Shown: in pieces, positions 44,053-51,622 of the stretch
Layout of the letters: each line of letters begins with the position of its first letter
Numbering within the stretch: the first letter of the stretch is position 1
Assembly (NCBI GenBank): GCA_043807405.1
Contig: JAZDGA010000001.1
Location: 25,130-89,129 of the forward strand
DNA: 64,000 bases
Reading direction: 5' to 3'
Source: Candidatus Vogelbacteria bacterium
GTDB taxonomy: Bacteria; Patescibacteriota; Minisyncoccia; Phycocordibacterales; JACOZG01
Made by a program: the position numbers and the translations under genes
The notes under the pieces: model-generated
The model's database searches: none
Told to the model about the DNA's origin: nothing
Seen by the model: only the letters and a program-made list of their open reading frames with translations

Positions 44053-47000
44053 TTAGTTGTTGTCAATGACAAAATTTATTAGGCGGTTGGGGATAAAAAT
44101 TGTTTTCCGAACGGGCTTGTCCTTAAGCCACATTTTCACCTTCGGCCGACTGATTGCTAATTGCGTTAATTCCTTCTCGCCCAGACCATTCTCGGCTTCA
44201 AAAACATCTCGTGTCTTACCATTAATCTGAACCACGATTTTAACTTTTATCCGCCGGCTGGCGGATTGCACTTTAAGCTCTCTCGGCCACGGCGCAAGAT
44301 GAATTGATTTTTTCTCACCGAGATTTTGCCAGAGTTCATCAGTAATATGAGGAGCAAAAGGCGACAACAGTTTCAAAAATATTTTTATCGTAGCAACGGA
44401 AATGGTTGATTCTTTTTCCAAACTGTTTAGCAAAATCATCAAGCTAGAAATTGCCGTATTAAATTTCATCACTTCGATGTCATCACTGACTTTTTTAATT
44501 GTTTGATTGATTAGAGATTGGAGATTCTCTTCTTGAATTTTATTTTTAGTTTTTAGTTTTACCTGCCCGACGGCAAGGCGGGCACTTTGCACTATCTTCC
44601 AGACTCGTTCCAAGAAGCGACGCGAGCCAACCAGTCCGTCTTCATTCCATGCAATCGCCTGATCGAAAGGTCCCATAAACATCTCGTAAACCCGCAAAGT
44701 GTCGGCGCCGAAACGCCTGACAATGTCATCGGGATTCACCACATTACCCCGCGATTTCGACATTTTCTCGCCATCGTGAGCTAAAATAAAACCGTGGGAG
44801 GTCCGTTTCTGATAGGGTTCTTGGCCGGGGACCAACTTGAGATCGTTCAAAACTTTATGCCAGAAGCGGGAGTAGAGCAAGTGAAGCGTGGTGTGCTCCG
44901 TCCCGCCGTTGTACCAATCAACCGGTAACCACCGGTTTAACTTTTTTTGAATTTTAGAACTTGAAAATTGTTTGGAAATTGATAATTGGGAATTGAGATT
45001 TTCGCTTACGCAGTAAGCGACATAGTACCAGCTTGAGCCCGCCCAATTGGGCATCACATCCGTCTCGCGTCGCGCTGTACCACTGCATTTAGGACACTTA
45101 ACCTTGACCCATTTCTCCACCAAGGCTAATGGCGACTCGCCGTTATCCGTCGGCTGATATTTTTTAACGACCGGCAATTTAACCGGTAAATCTTTTTCCG
45201 GCACCGGCACCCACTCCTGACACTTCTGACAAAAAACTAACGGGATTGGCTCGCCCCAATATCGCTGGCGTGAAAAAACCCAATCGCGGAGTTTGTAAAT
45301 CGTTTGTTTTTCCCCATCAACCAATTTAATTATTTCATCTCGCACTTCTTCACTATTTTTTCCATCAAATTGATCGGAATTAGTAAGAACACCTATCCCT
45401 GTGTAAATCTGCCGATCAATTTTCATGCCATCCAAAATAAGGGGCATCTCACTGTGAGTCATTTTTTCAGAAGTTAATTCAGCAAGAGGTAACCAGACCA
45501 TTTCGTGAATATTTTTTTCTTCTTCAGAAATTTCTTCTTTTTTATCATCTTCGAGATCAAAGAGAATACTGTAGGTGTGAGCGATTCGATTAACATCCTT
45601 ATGCGCGGCAAAAAATTCTGACTGGGCCTCTCCTAAAATTTTTACCAACTTAACTTTTTGATAACCAGTCTCTTCCTTAATTTCTCTTATCGCCGCCAAG
45701 ACGGGATCTTCGCCTTCTTCTACCCCCCCCATCACGAAGGTTGTCCAAGGTTGTTTTTTCCATTTCAAACATAGAAATTTCCCCGTCTTGGGATTTCTCA
45801 CTACGGCAATTATCGCATTACGAAAAACGATTTTTTTACCAGGAACATGAGGATTCCTAGTATCAATCAATCGTGGTATTACGACATTCCGAATCGCCAA
45901 ATTGTGTTTCTGGGCGAAAGCGAGATCGCGTTCATCATGCGCGGGGACTCCCATAATCGCGCCGGTGCCGACATCCCCCATCACATATTCAGCTTCCCAA
46001 ATCGGAATTTTTTCCTGACTAACCGGATTGATCGCATACTCGCCCGTAAAATGATCGGCCGCACCATGCCGAGCGATGAAGGTTGCGCCGAAAATCGTCT
46101 CGGGACGGGTGGTGAAAACTTTAATTGAATCAACCCCTCCCAAACCCTCCCCGAAGGAGAGGGCTTTCAATGTCTCGTTAATTTCTGCCACAACTAACAT
46201 CCCATTCTCAATTACTTTTTCATTTTTGAACCTGATGATCTTAAAACCTTTCTGCTCAAGAAAGCTGGACCTCTCTTGGTCAGATTCTTTTTGGCAATCA
46301 TGAACATCGCCATCAACTTCAACTACCAACTTTTTTTCTAAACAAACAAAATCAACAATAAATTTTCCAATTATATGTTGCCGTCTAAAATGATAATTGG
46401 TTGCATCCCTTCTCAATAATTGCCACAAGAGATCTTCGGCCTTAGTCGAATTCTGCCGCATCTCTTTGGCTTTTTCCTGCAAGGCCTGCCAAGTTTGCGG
46501 ATCAGTGGTTTGGTATCCAAATTCCCCCTCTCCTTCGGGGAGGGGGCTGGGGGAGGGGTTGAAAATCTTGAATTCGATCTCCGCCCCCTCACTTCGCCCA
46601 ATCCAATTCCGCTGTTGCGACTTCACCGACTCGGGATAATTAACCAGATCAAGTTCGCGGTCGAGTCGGTCGGCATATTTGGTGATTGCGAGCATCCATT
46701 GCTCTTTATCTCGCATTTCCACCGCCGTCCCACACCGTTCGCATTTGCCATCGTTTACTTCCTCATTTGCCAAACCAATCTTACAACTCGGACACCAATT
46801 GATCGGCACTTTCGCTTTGTAAGCCAAACCTTTTTTGAAAAATTGCAAGAACATCCACTGCGTCCACTGATAATAATTCGGATCGGTGGTGTTTATTTCG
46901 CGCGACCAGTCGAAGGAGAAGCCGAGCGACTGGAGTTGCTTCCGGTAGCGAGTGGCATTTCTTTTAGTAATTAATTGGGGAGGCAAACCGGTTTTAATTG

Positions 47001-47268
47001 CGTAATTCTCGGTCGGCAAACCGAACGCGTCCCAACCCATCGGATAAAGCACCTCATAACCTTCCGCTCGCCGTTTCCGCGCCACCGCGTCCATCGCCGT
47101 ATAACCCCGGACATGCCCGACATGCACACCTTCGCCCGACGGATACGGAAATTCAACGAGAGCGTAATATTTTTTCTTCCGACTTCTTTCATTCATCCGA
47201 TGAAATTTCTTGGCTTCCCACACCTTCTGCCACTTCGCTTCAATCGCCTTAGGATTATATTTTCTCAT
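44053..47268 (-). CDS. leuS: leucyl-tRNA synthetase carrying two in-frame domain insertions (DUF559 endonuclease-like and Nudix)
   Basis: HIGH (HVGHVRGY), NWIGRSEGAEIEF, editing motifs TTRPET and GTGAIMGVPAHDERD, LRDWVFSRQRYWGEPIP and KMSKS. At 1071 aa it is larger than the ~800-880 aa I recall for bacterial LeuRS. Confidence 0.9.
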   Translation of the reverse strand: MRKYNPKAIEAKWQKVWEAKKFHRMNERSRKKKYYALVEFPYPSGEGVHVGHVRGYTAMDAVARKRRAEGYEVLYPMGWDAFGLPTENYAIKTGLPPQLITKRNATRYRKQLQSLGFSFDWSREINTTDPNYYQWTQWMFLQFFKKGLAYKAKVPINWCPSCKIGLANEEVNDGKCERCGTAVEMRDKEQWMLAITKYADRLDRELDLVNYPESVKSQQRNWIGRSEGAEIEFKIFNPSPSPLPEGEGEFGYQTTDPQTWQALQEKAKEMRQNSTKAEDLLWQLLRRDATNYHFRRQHIIGKFIVDFVCLEKKLVVEVDGDVHDCQKESDQERSSFLEQKGFKIIRFKNEKVIENGMLVVAEINETLKALSFGEGLGGVDSIKVFTTRPETIFGATFIARHGAADHFTGEYAINPVSQEKIPIWEAEYVMGDVGTGAIMGVPAHDERDLAFAQKHNLAIRNVVIPRLIDTRNPHVPGKKIVFRNAIIAVVRNPKTGKFLCLKWKKQPWTTFVMGGVEEGEDPVLAAIREIKEETGYQKVKLVKILGEAQSEFFAAHKDVNRIAHTYSILFDLEDDKKEEISEEEKNIHEMVWLPLAELTSEKMTHSEMPLILDGMKIDRQIYTGIGVLTNSDQFDGKNSEEVRDEIIKLVDGEKQTIYKLRDWVFSRQRYWGEPIPLVFCQKCQEWVPVPEKDLPVKLPVVKKYQPTDNGESPLALVEKWVKVKCPKCSGTARRETDVMPNWAGSSWYYVAYCVSENLNSQLSISKQFSSSKIQKKLNRWLPVDWYNGGTEHTTLHLLYSRFWHKVLNDLKLVPGQEPYQKRTSHGFILAHDGEKMSKSRGNVVNPDDIVRRFGADTLRVYEMFMGPFDQAIAWNEDGLVGSRRFLERVWKIVQSARLAVGQVKLKTKNKIQEENLQSLINQTIKKVSDDIEVMKFNTAISSLMILLNSLEKESTISVATIKIFLKLLSPFAPHITDELWQNLGEKKSIHLAPWPRELKVQSASRRIKVKIVVQINGKTRDVFEAENGLGEKELTQLAISRPKVKMWLKDKPVRKTIFIPNRLINFVIDNN
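45394..45873 (-). other. Nudix hydrolase domain inserted in the CP1 editing domain of LeuRS (aa ~466-625)
   Basis: Perfect Nudix box GGVEEGEDPVLAAIREIKEETGY (aa 514-536, nt 45661-45729), between IRNVVIP and VLTNSDQFDG. Confidence 0.8.
46135..46560 (-). mobile_element. DUF559 (Vsr-like endonuclease) cassette with hairpin terminal inverted repeats, inserted in frame in leuS (aa ~237-378)
   Basis: LLWQLLRRDATNYHFRRQHIIGKFIVDFVCLEKKLVVEVDGDVH...GFKIIRFKNEKV. Bounded by inverted GC-rich repeats at 46134-46164 and 46524-46558. Confidence 0.75.
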
Positions 47269-47308
47269 GAATGAATTTCAGTATAACAGCCAAATCCAAG
47301 GTGTAACA

Positions 47309-47336
47309 TTGACAACATATCTTAAATATGTATAAT
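47309..47336 (+). promoter_or_regulatory. near-consensus sigma70 promoter TTGACA-16-TATAAT
   Basis: cattGACAacatatcttaaatatgTATAATggg, ~135 nt upstream of the ATG at 47472. Confidence 0.6.
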
Positions 47337-47471
47337 GGGCGACAGAATCTGCGGGGCGGTCTGGACCCGACAGAAATGGACTGAAGTGTTCGGCTTGGCC
47401 TGAAACCAAGCGTCAGAACGGGCTACTGGGGCCCCAGCCATTCCTTTTCCAAACCAACGAAGGAGTTTCCT

Positions 47472-48029
47472 ATGGACCTTGTCAAAATGAACAAAGACAG
47501 CACCCTGCCCAATGCCTTACGCCGCGCGTGGATGGACCACACTGGCGACGATCCTCTCCGTTCAAGCCAAATTTCGAGAAGGCTTCTTTGGCTCTTTCTT
47601 GGATCCTTGGTAATGCTTGCAGTGGCATTCTTTTGGTTTGTGTTTGTGCCAACATCATTTCCAAATTCAAGCAACAGTGATTATGGTTATTTAGCAATTC
47701 TGGGAGTGATTGGGGTGATAGTATCTATCGCTCTTGACACAAGAAATGACAAGAATGTCATGAAATTCGCCAGGGCAGTTGCGAGTTTATGCCAGGATAC
47801 CCCCTACGAATACGAAATCAGCGCGCTAGTTCAGTTAAGTTTCTTTGGTGACCTGCGTCCAATCGCCGACCAGAAACTACGCGCCCTCGCCCAAAGGATT
47901 AAAGACCTGCAAGCGCAAGCTCAAGAAACCGAGGCCAATAAAATCCGCCTTGAGGAATTCAAGCCACTTCACCAAAGTTTCTACCAGCTCGGCCTAGCTG
48001 ATGAGACCTGGGATTCTTATTTCCGCTAG
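47472..48029 (+). CDS. hypothetical membrane protein (185 aa)
   Basis: AAGGAG lies 8 nt upstream of the ATG. Two TM helices are followed by a helical C-terminal domain. Confidence 0.55.
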   Translation: MDLVKMNKDSTLPNALRRAWMDHTGDDPLRSSQISRRLLWLFLGSLVMLAVAFFWFVFVPTSFPNSSNSDYGYLAILGVIGVIVSIALDTRNDKNVMKFARAVASLCQDTPYEYEISALVQLSFFGDLRPIADQKLRALAQRIKDLQAQAQETEANKIRLEEFKPLHQSFYQLGLADETWDSYFR

Positions 48030-48053
48030 GAGATGGGAAAGGGTAAGTCTACT

Positions 48054-48089
48054 GACCTGCGATCGCCTCACGGCTTCGCAGGTCTTTTT
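48054..48089 (+). terminator. rho-independent terminator
   Basis: GACCTGCGA-N13-TCGCAGGTC followed by TTTTTAT. Confidence 0.65.
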
Positions 48090-48108
48090 ATATCTTGAAC
48101 TCAATCAC
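48088..48108 (-). repeat. relic duplicate of the last 6 codons plus stop of ychF
   Basis: The minus strand reads GTG ATT GAG TTC AAG ATA TAA (VIEFKI*). The live ychF end is GTT ATC GAG TTT AAG ATA TAA, and all 3 differences are synonymous. Confidence 0.7.
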
Positions 48109-48154
48109 CCGCCTTCGTCCGCCTCTGGCGGACTACGGACGGGCAGGCATCCCC
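48109..48154. repeat. 46-nt GC-rich palindromic element lodged between the two ychF 3'-end copies
   Basis: ccgccttcgtccgcctctggcggactacggacgggcaggcatcccc, with core hairpin TCCGCC-tctg-GGCGGA. A related CCCGCCtctgGCGGG sits at ~39494-39508. Confidence 0.6.
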
Positions 48155-49141
48155 TTATATCTTAAACTCGATAACGTCACCGTCGCAAACCACATAATCC
48201 CGACCTTCGATCCGGAGCAATCCCCGCTCGCGGGCGCTCGCGTATGAACCAACGTCGAGAAGCGTTTGCCAATTGATGACTTCCGCCTTAATGAAGCGTT
48301 CGCGGAAGTCGCCGTGAATCGCCGCGCCGGCTTCGGGTGCCGTCGCTCCCCGCTTCACCGTCCACGCCCGTGTCTCATCCTCGCCGGTGGTGAAAAAAGT
48401 CATCAACCCGAGCAATTTGTAACTCGCCGTAATTAAATCATCTAACCCCGTGCCAAACACCGGATCAATTTCAACGATTTCATTTACTTCGCCCCCCAAT
48501 TTATTTTTAAAATCCGTAACTATATTCTCGGTCGCCGCCGAGATATTGAGCACATAGAGCATCGGTTTGGCGGTCAACAAATGCAAATCTTTCGGCGCTT
48601 CACTCCCCGCCCGCTTCCCCTCTTTTAACTTGGTTTCAATTTCTGCCAATAATTTCTCTTCGGCCACCGCCTCTTTTTTCCCCTGCTTCACTTCTCGCCC
48701 GAGCGACACGCGCCGTTTCGTCACGGTCTCGAGATCCGCCAAACATAATTCTAAATTTATTGTCTCAATATCCGAAAGCGGATCAATTTTATTCGCCACA
48801 TGAACAATGTCCTTATCTGTGAAAACTCGGACCACATGCGCGATCGCGTCAACTTCTCGAATGTGAGATAAAAATTGGTTTCCTAACCCCTCACCTTTCG
48901 AAGCACCGGCGATTAAGCCGGCGATATCCACGAACTCTACCGCCGCCGGCACCGTCTTGATCGATTTCGAAAAAGCCGTGAGCTTGTCCAGACGCGGATC
49001 CGGTACCGCCACCACTCCGACTGACGGATCAATTGTGCAGAACGGATAATTCTCCGCCGGCACGCCCTTCTTCGTCAGCGCATTAAACAGCGTTGACTTC
49101 CCCACATTTGGTAATCCGACGATGCCGATGCTTAAACTCAT
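48155..49141 (-). CDS. ychF: ribosome-binding ATPase YchF
   Basis: GIVGLPNVGKSTLFNALT P-loop, DIAGLIAGASKGEGLGN and a TGS-like C-terminus. Start set at the ATG at 49139-49141 (MSLSIG). Confidence 0.85.
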   Translation of the reverse strand: MSLSIGIVGLPNVGKSTLFNALTKKGVPAENYPFCTIDPSVGVVAVPDPRLDKLTAFSKSIKTVPAAVEFVDIAGLIAGASKGEGLGNQFLSHIREVDAIAHVVRVFTDKDIVHVANKIDPLSDIETINLELCLADLETVTKRRVSLGREVKQGKKEAVAEEKLLAEIETKLKEGKRAGSEAPKDLHLLTAKPMLYVLNISAATENIVTDFKNKLGGEVNEIVEIDPVFGTGLDDLITASYKLLGLMTFFTTGEDETRAWTVKRGATAPEAGAAIHGDFRERFIKAEVINWQTLLDVGSYASARERGLLRIEGRDYVVCDGDVIEFKI

Positions 49142-49193
49142 GTCAAACAATGTAGCAAAAAAACTAATTATGTGATAGTAATGGGGTTGGAGT

Positions 49194-49421
49194 TTGGGAA
49201 AAATAAAGATCTTTTATAAGGAGCAAAAAGTGGATCGCTTTTCAAGAATAACATTGTTTACAATTGGTTTTCTCGTGGTTGTTGGTTGGACCGCAATAAT
49301 TTGTATCGATGGACTACCGATCACTTTGGAGGCTCTTAGCGCGACGGCTTTCCCTGTTATTATGGGACTATTCGTGATCTATGTGAGTATTTTTTATGCT
49401 CGGTCGCCCCAGAAAAAGTGA
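49194..49421 (+). CDS. small membrane protein (75 aa, TTG start), hypothetical
   Basis: ORF track entry with two hydrophobic helices. Confidence 0.4.
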   Translation: MGKIKIFYKEQKVDRFSRITLFTIGFLVVVGWTAIICIDGLPITLEALSATAFPVIMGLFVIYVSIFYARSPQKK

Positions 49422-49433
49422 AGCCATTATCAG

Positions 49434-49452
49434 TCAACACCGAGTGTTGACA
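49434..49452. repeat. palindromic repeat type C (GTCAACAC-cga-GTGTTGAC)
   Basis: Related copies at 24612-24624 and, as a 13-bp inverted repeat, inside uvrA (63453-63490). Confidence 0.55.
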
Positions 49453-49456
49453 CACG

Positions 49457-49494
49457 CGCCACAACCCTCGGGTTTGGCGCCTTTTTATTTTTTA
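49457..49494 (+). terminator. rho-independent terminator between convergent genes
   Basis: GCGCCACAACCC-tc-GGGTTTGGCGC followed by CTTTTTATTTTTT. Confidence 0.65.
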
Positions 49495-49722
49495 CAAAAG
49501 CAACCCCTGCAATTCCGTCGCGTGAGCTTGCATTATTTCCATCGCGGCGGTTTGTTTATCCATTCCCCCTTTTACTTTCGCTTCAATTTCGACAGCAATT
49601 TGTTTGAACAGTTCGGGATTCTTTTTCATCGCGCTAAGCACCATTTCAATCTGCGCCTCGGGCACGCCCTGCGACTTGAGCATCTTCTTGAGCAAGAAAT
49701 CTTGAAACATCGTAGTTTCCAC
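49492..49722 (-). CDS. hypothetical helical protein (76 aa)
   Basis: ORF track entry. No family recognised. Confidence 0.4.
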   Translation of the reverse strand: METTMFQDFLLKKMLKSQGVPEAQIEMVLSAMKKNPELFKQIAVEIEAKVKGGMDKQTAAMEIMQAHATELQGLLL

Positions 49723-49753
49723 GATACCAAATCTGTGCTAATTTAACAACACT

Positions 49754-49827
49754 GGGCCTATAGTATAGCGGTAGAACGGTTCCATGGCATGGAACAGGTC
49801 CGGGTTCGACTCCCGGTAGGTCCACCA
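49754..49827 (+). tRNA. tRNA-Ala (anticodon GGC) with genomically encoded CCA
   Basis: GGGCCTA TA GTAT AGCGGTA GAAC G GTTCC ATGGCAT GGAAC AGGT CCGGG TTCGACT CCCGG TAGGTCC A CCA. The G3:U70 identity pair is present. Confidence 0.85.
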
Positions 49828-49984
49828 CTTCGCCCCGCCAATATGGCGGGGCTTCGCGGTGCGAGCACTTAATAGCTTCAGCGACGAGGTGCGAGCATTC
49901 ATCTTCACCGCGAAGGAAGTGGTGTGACCCCGCAGAGTCCCGCGTAACGCAGTGAAGCGGGACAAAGTGGGGTATAATTATTAA

Positions 49985-50224
49985 ATGTATTATGTTTACA
50001 TTTTAAAAAGTCTTAAAGATAATAGTTACTACACTGGCGTTACAATCAATCTTGAAAAAAGATTAACCGAACACAACTCTGGTTATTCAGCCTATTCTTC
50101 ATCAAAAATACCTTTCGAAATAGTTTGGCATTGCACTTTCCTAGACAGGAGTAAGGCCTACAATTTTGAAAAATATTTAAAATCCAGTTCCGGATTCGCT
50201 TTCCGAAATAAACATCTTATTTAA
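49985..50224 (+). CDS. small GIY-YIG nuclease-family protein (79 aa)
   Basis: MYYVYILKS...YYTGVT...LEKRLTEHNSG, the GIY-YIG/UPF0213-type pattern. Confidence 0.8.
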   Translation: MYYVYILKSLKDNSYYTGVTINLEKRLTEHNSGYSAYSSSKIPFEIVWHCTFLDRSKAYNFEKYLKSSSGFAFRNKHLI

Positions 50225-50316
50225 GAAACGCGGGTAATTCTCTCCACAACATGCTAAAGTAGGGGTCGGTTATTGTTCTTCACAATGGTCTTTTTAATAG
50301 GAAAGTGGGGCGCGGG

Positions 50317-50961
50317 ATGAGCATGATTGTAATGGGGCAGACCATATCTAGATTCCAAAAACAAATCAACAGATTGGAACGACTCGGGATTCCTAGATTG
50401 TTTGGAATCGAGAACGACAATTGGAAATCATGGTTAGCCAAATTTGGAGTGACTGAATCAAGCCTAACCGGCAAGAAATCTTTTATCGGCTTGCCGGTAG
50501 GATTAATTCCAGTCGCTGATCGGTGGATTTTTTGGCAGGGACTTTGCCCTAATCTGGAATTAAATAGCGAGATGATCGAAACAGCGACTAAGCGTCTACA
50601 CCGAGGTAATCTGCCAACTGAAGCTTATGTCGTCAGAGAAGTGTCATTCGACATCTGGAGCGAGACCGCCATGAAAGCTGTCAAAGATTGGCCCCGTCTG
50701 CAAGTAGAATTGTCCGACGCCAAACGCGTTGGTTTGACTAGTGAAGAATTGGCCACTTCTCTGGCTTACGATCCGAATCATCATGATACGATGCTTGCCT
50801 TGGGTTCAGTAGAAGATGACGTGGTTCCTTGCCTCGAGCCCGTCACTAGCCATTGGAAATTGTCGCTCTATCGTTTCAGAGATTTCATCGACGAAAAGGG
50901 CCAATGGGTGTCACCCTTCGGTGGCGCGGGTCGTGTCGTCGCGCCAACCGCGAAACAGTAA
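50317..50961 (+). CDS. hypothetical protein (~214 aa)
   Basis: ORF track entry (the track start at 50305 is GTG; the first ATG is at 50317). A strong terminator follows. Confidence 0.5.
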   Translation: MSMIVMGQTISRFQKQINRLERLGIPRLFGIENDNWKSWLAKFGVTESSLTGKKSFIGLPVGLIPVADRWIFWQGLCPNLELNSEMIETATKRLHRGNLPTEAYVVREVSFDIWSETAMKAVKDWPRLQVELSDAKRVGLTSEELATSLAYDPNHHDTMLALGSVEDDVVPCLEPVTSHWKLSLYRFRDFIDEKGQWVSPFGGAGRVVAPTAKQ

Positions 50962-50967
50962 GTATCA

Positions 50968-51004
50968 GACCTCGCTCCGCCAACCGGCGGACGAGGTCTT
51001 TTTT
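50968..51004 (+). terminator. rho-independent terminator
   Basis: GACCTCGcTCCGCC-aacc-GGCGGACGAGGTC followed by TTTTTT. Confidence 0.7.
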
Positions 51005-51022
51005 ATGTTATGATAAATTCTT

Positions 51023-51613
51023 ATGTTTGATTTGGTCTCATTAGTTGAAGGCGCCGGTTATTTGGGTCTCTTCGCTATCATCTTCGCCGAGTCGGGTATT
51101 TTGCTCGGCTTCTTCTTGCCCGGCGATAGTCTCCTCTTCACCGCTGGCTTTCTCGCTTCACAAGGTTATCTCGCCATCGTCCCACTAATTATTCTCCTCT
51201 TCATTGCGGCGGTCTTGGGTGATGCCGTCGGTTACACTTTTGGGAAAAAGATCGGACCGAAAATATTTTCCCGACCAAAATCATTTTGGTTTAATCCCGC
51301 GCATATCGAAAGAACTAAAACTTTCTTCGAGCGCTACGGCGCGAAAACTATTTTGCTCTCCCGCTTCCTGCCCGCCGTGCGTACCGTCGCGCCGATTATG
51401 GCGGGCATCGGCGGGATGCGCTACCGCGTCTTCGCGATCTACAACGGCATCGGCGCTTTGGCTTGGGCTTGTGGTCTTACTTTACTCGGTTATTTTTTTG
51501 GTCGGACAATTCCGAACGCGGACAAATATCTTGTCCCGATCGTTCTCGCCATTATTATTCTCTCCATCCTCCCCACCATCTGGCAAATTATTAAAGAAAA
51601 GCGTAAAGTGTAG
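51023..51613 (+). CDS. DedA-family (VTT domain) membrane protein
   Basis: GLFAIIFAESGILLGFFLPGDSLLF and SRFLPAVRTVAPIMAG motifs. Confidence 0.8.
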   Translation: MFDLVSLVEGAGYLGLFAIIFAESGILLGFFLPGDSLLFTAGFLASQGYLAIVPLIILLFIAAVLGDAVGYTFGKKIGPKIFSRPKSFWFNPAHIERTKTFFERYGAKTILLSRFLPAVRTVAPIMAGIGGMRYRVFAIYNGIGALAWACGLTLLGYFFGRTIPNADKYLVPIVLAIIILSILPTIWQIIKEKRKV

Positions 51614-51622
51614 GGTGGATTA

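Noticed and set aside
46135-46560. Intein in LeuRS
   Set aside because: There is no Cys/Ser/Thr at the would-be N-extein junction or at the +1 position. No block A/B (TxxH) or terminal HN motif is present, and the domain is Vsr/DUF559-like rather than LAGLIDADG/HNH. The flanks are nucleotide-level inverted repeats.
46420-47274. 184-aa and 99-aa plus-strand ORFs
   Set aside because: Both are antisense to leuS. They partly read through the GC-rich repeats and have no independent support.
47337-47471. SRP (4.5S) RNA or a known riboswitch in the long leader
   Set aside because: I found no GGAA-tetraloop/AGCA symmetric-loop SRP signature and no recognisable riboswitch core. It is kept only as an unclassified structured leader.
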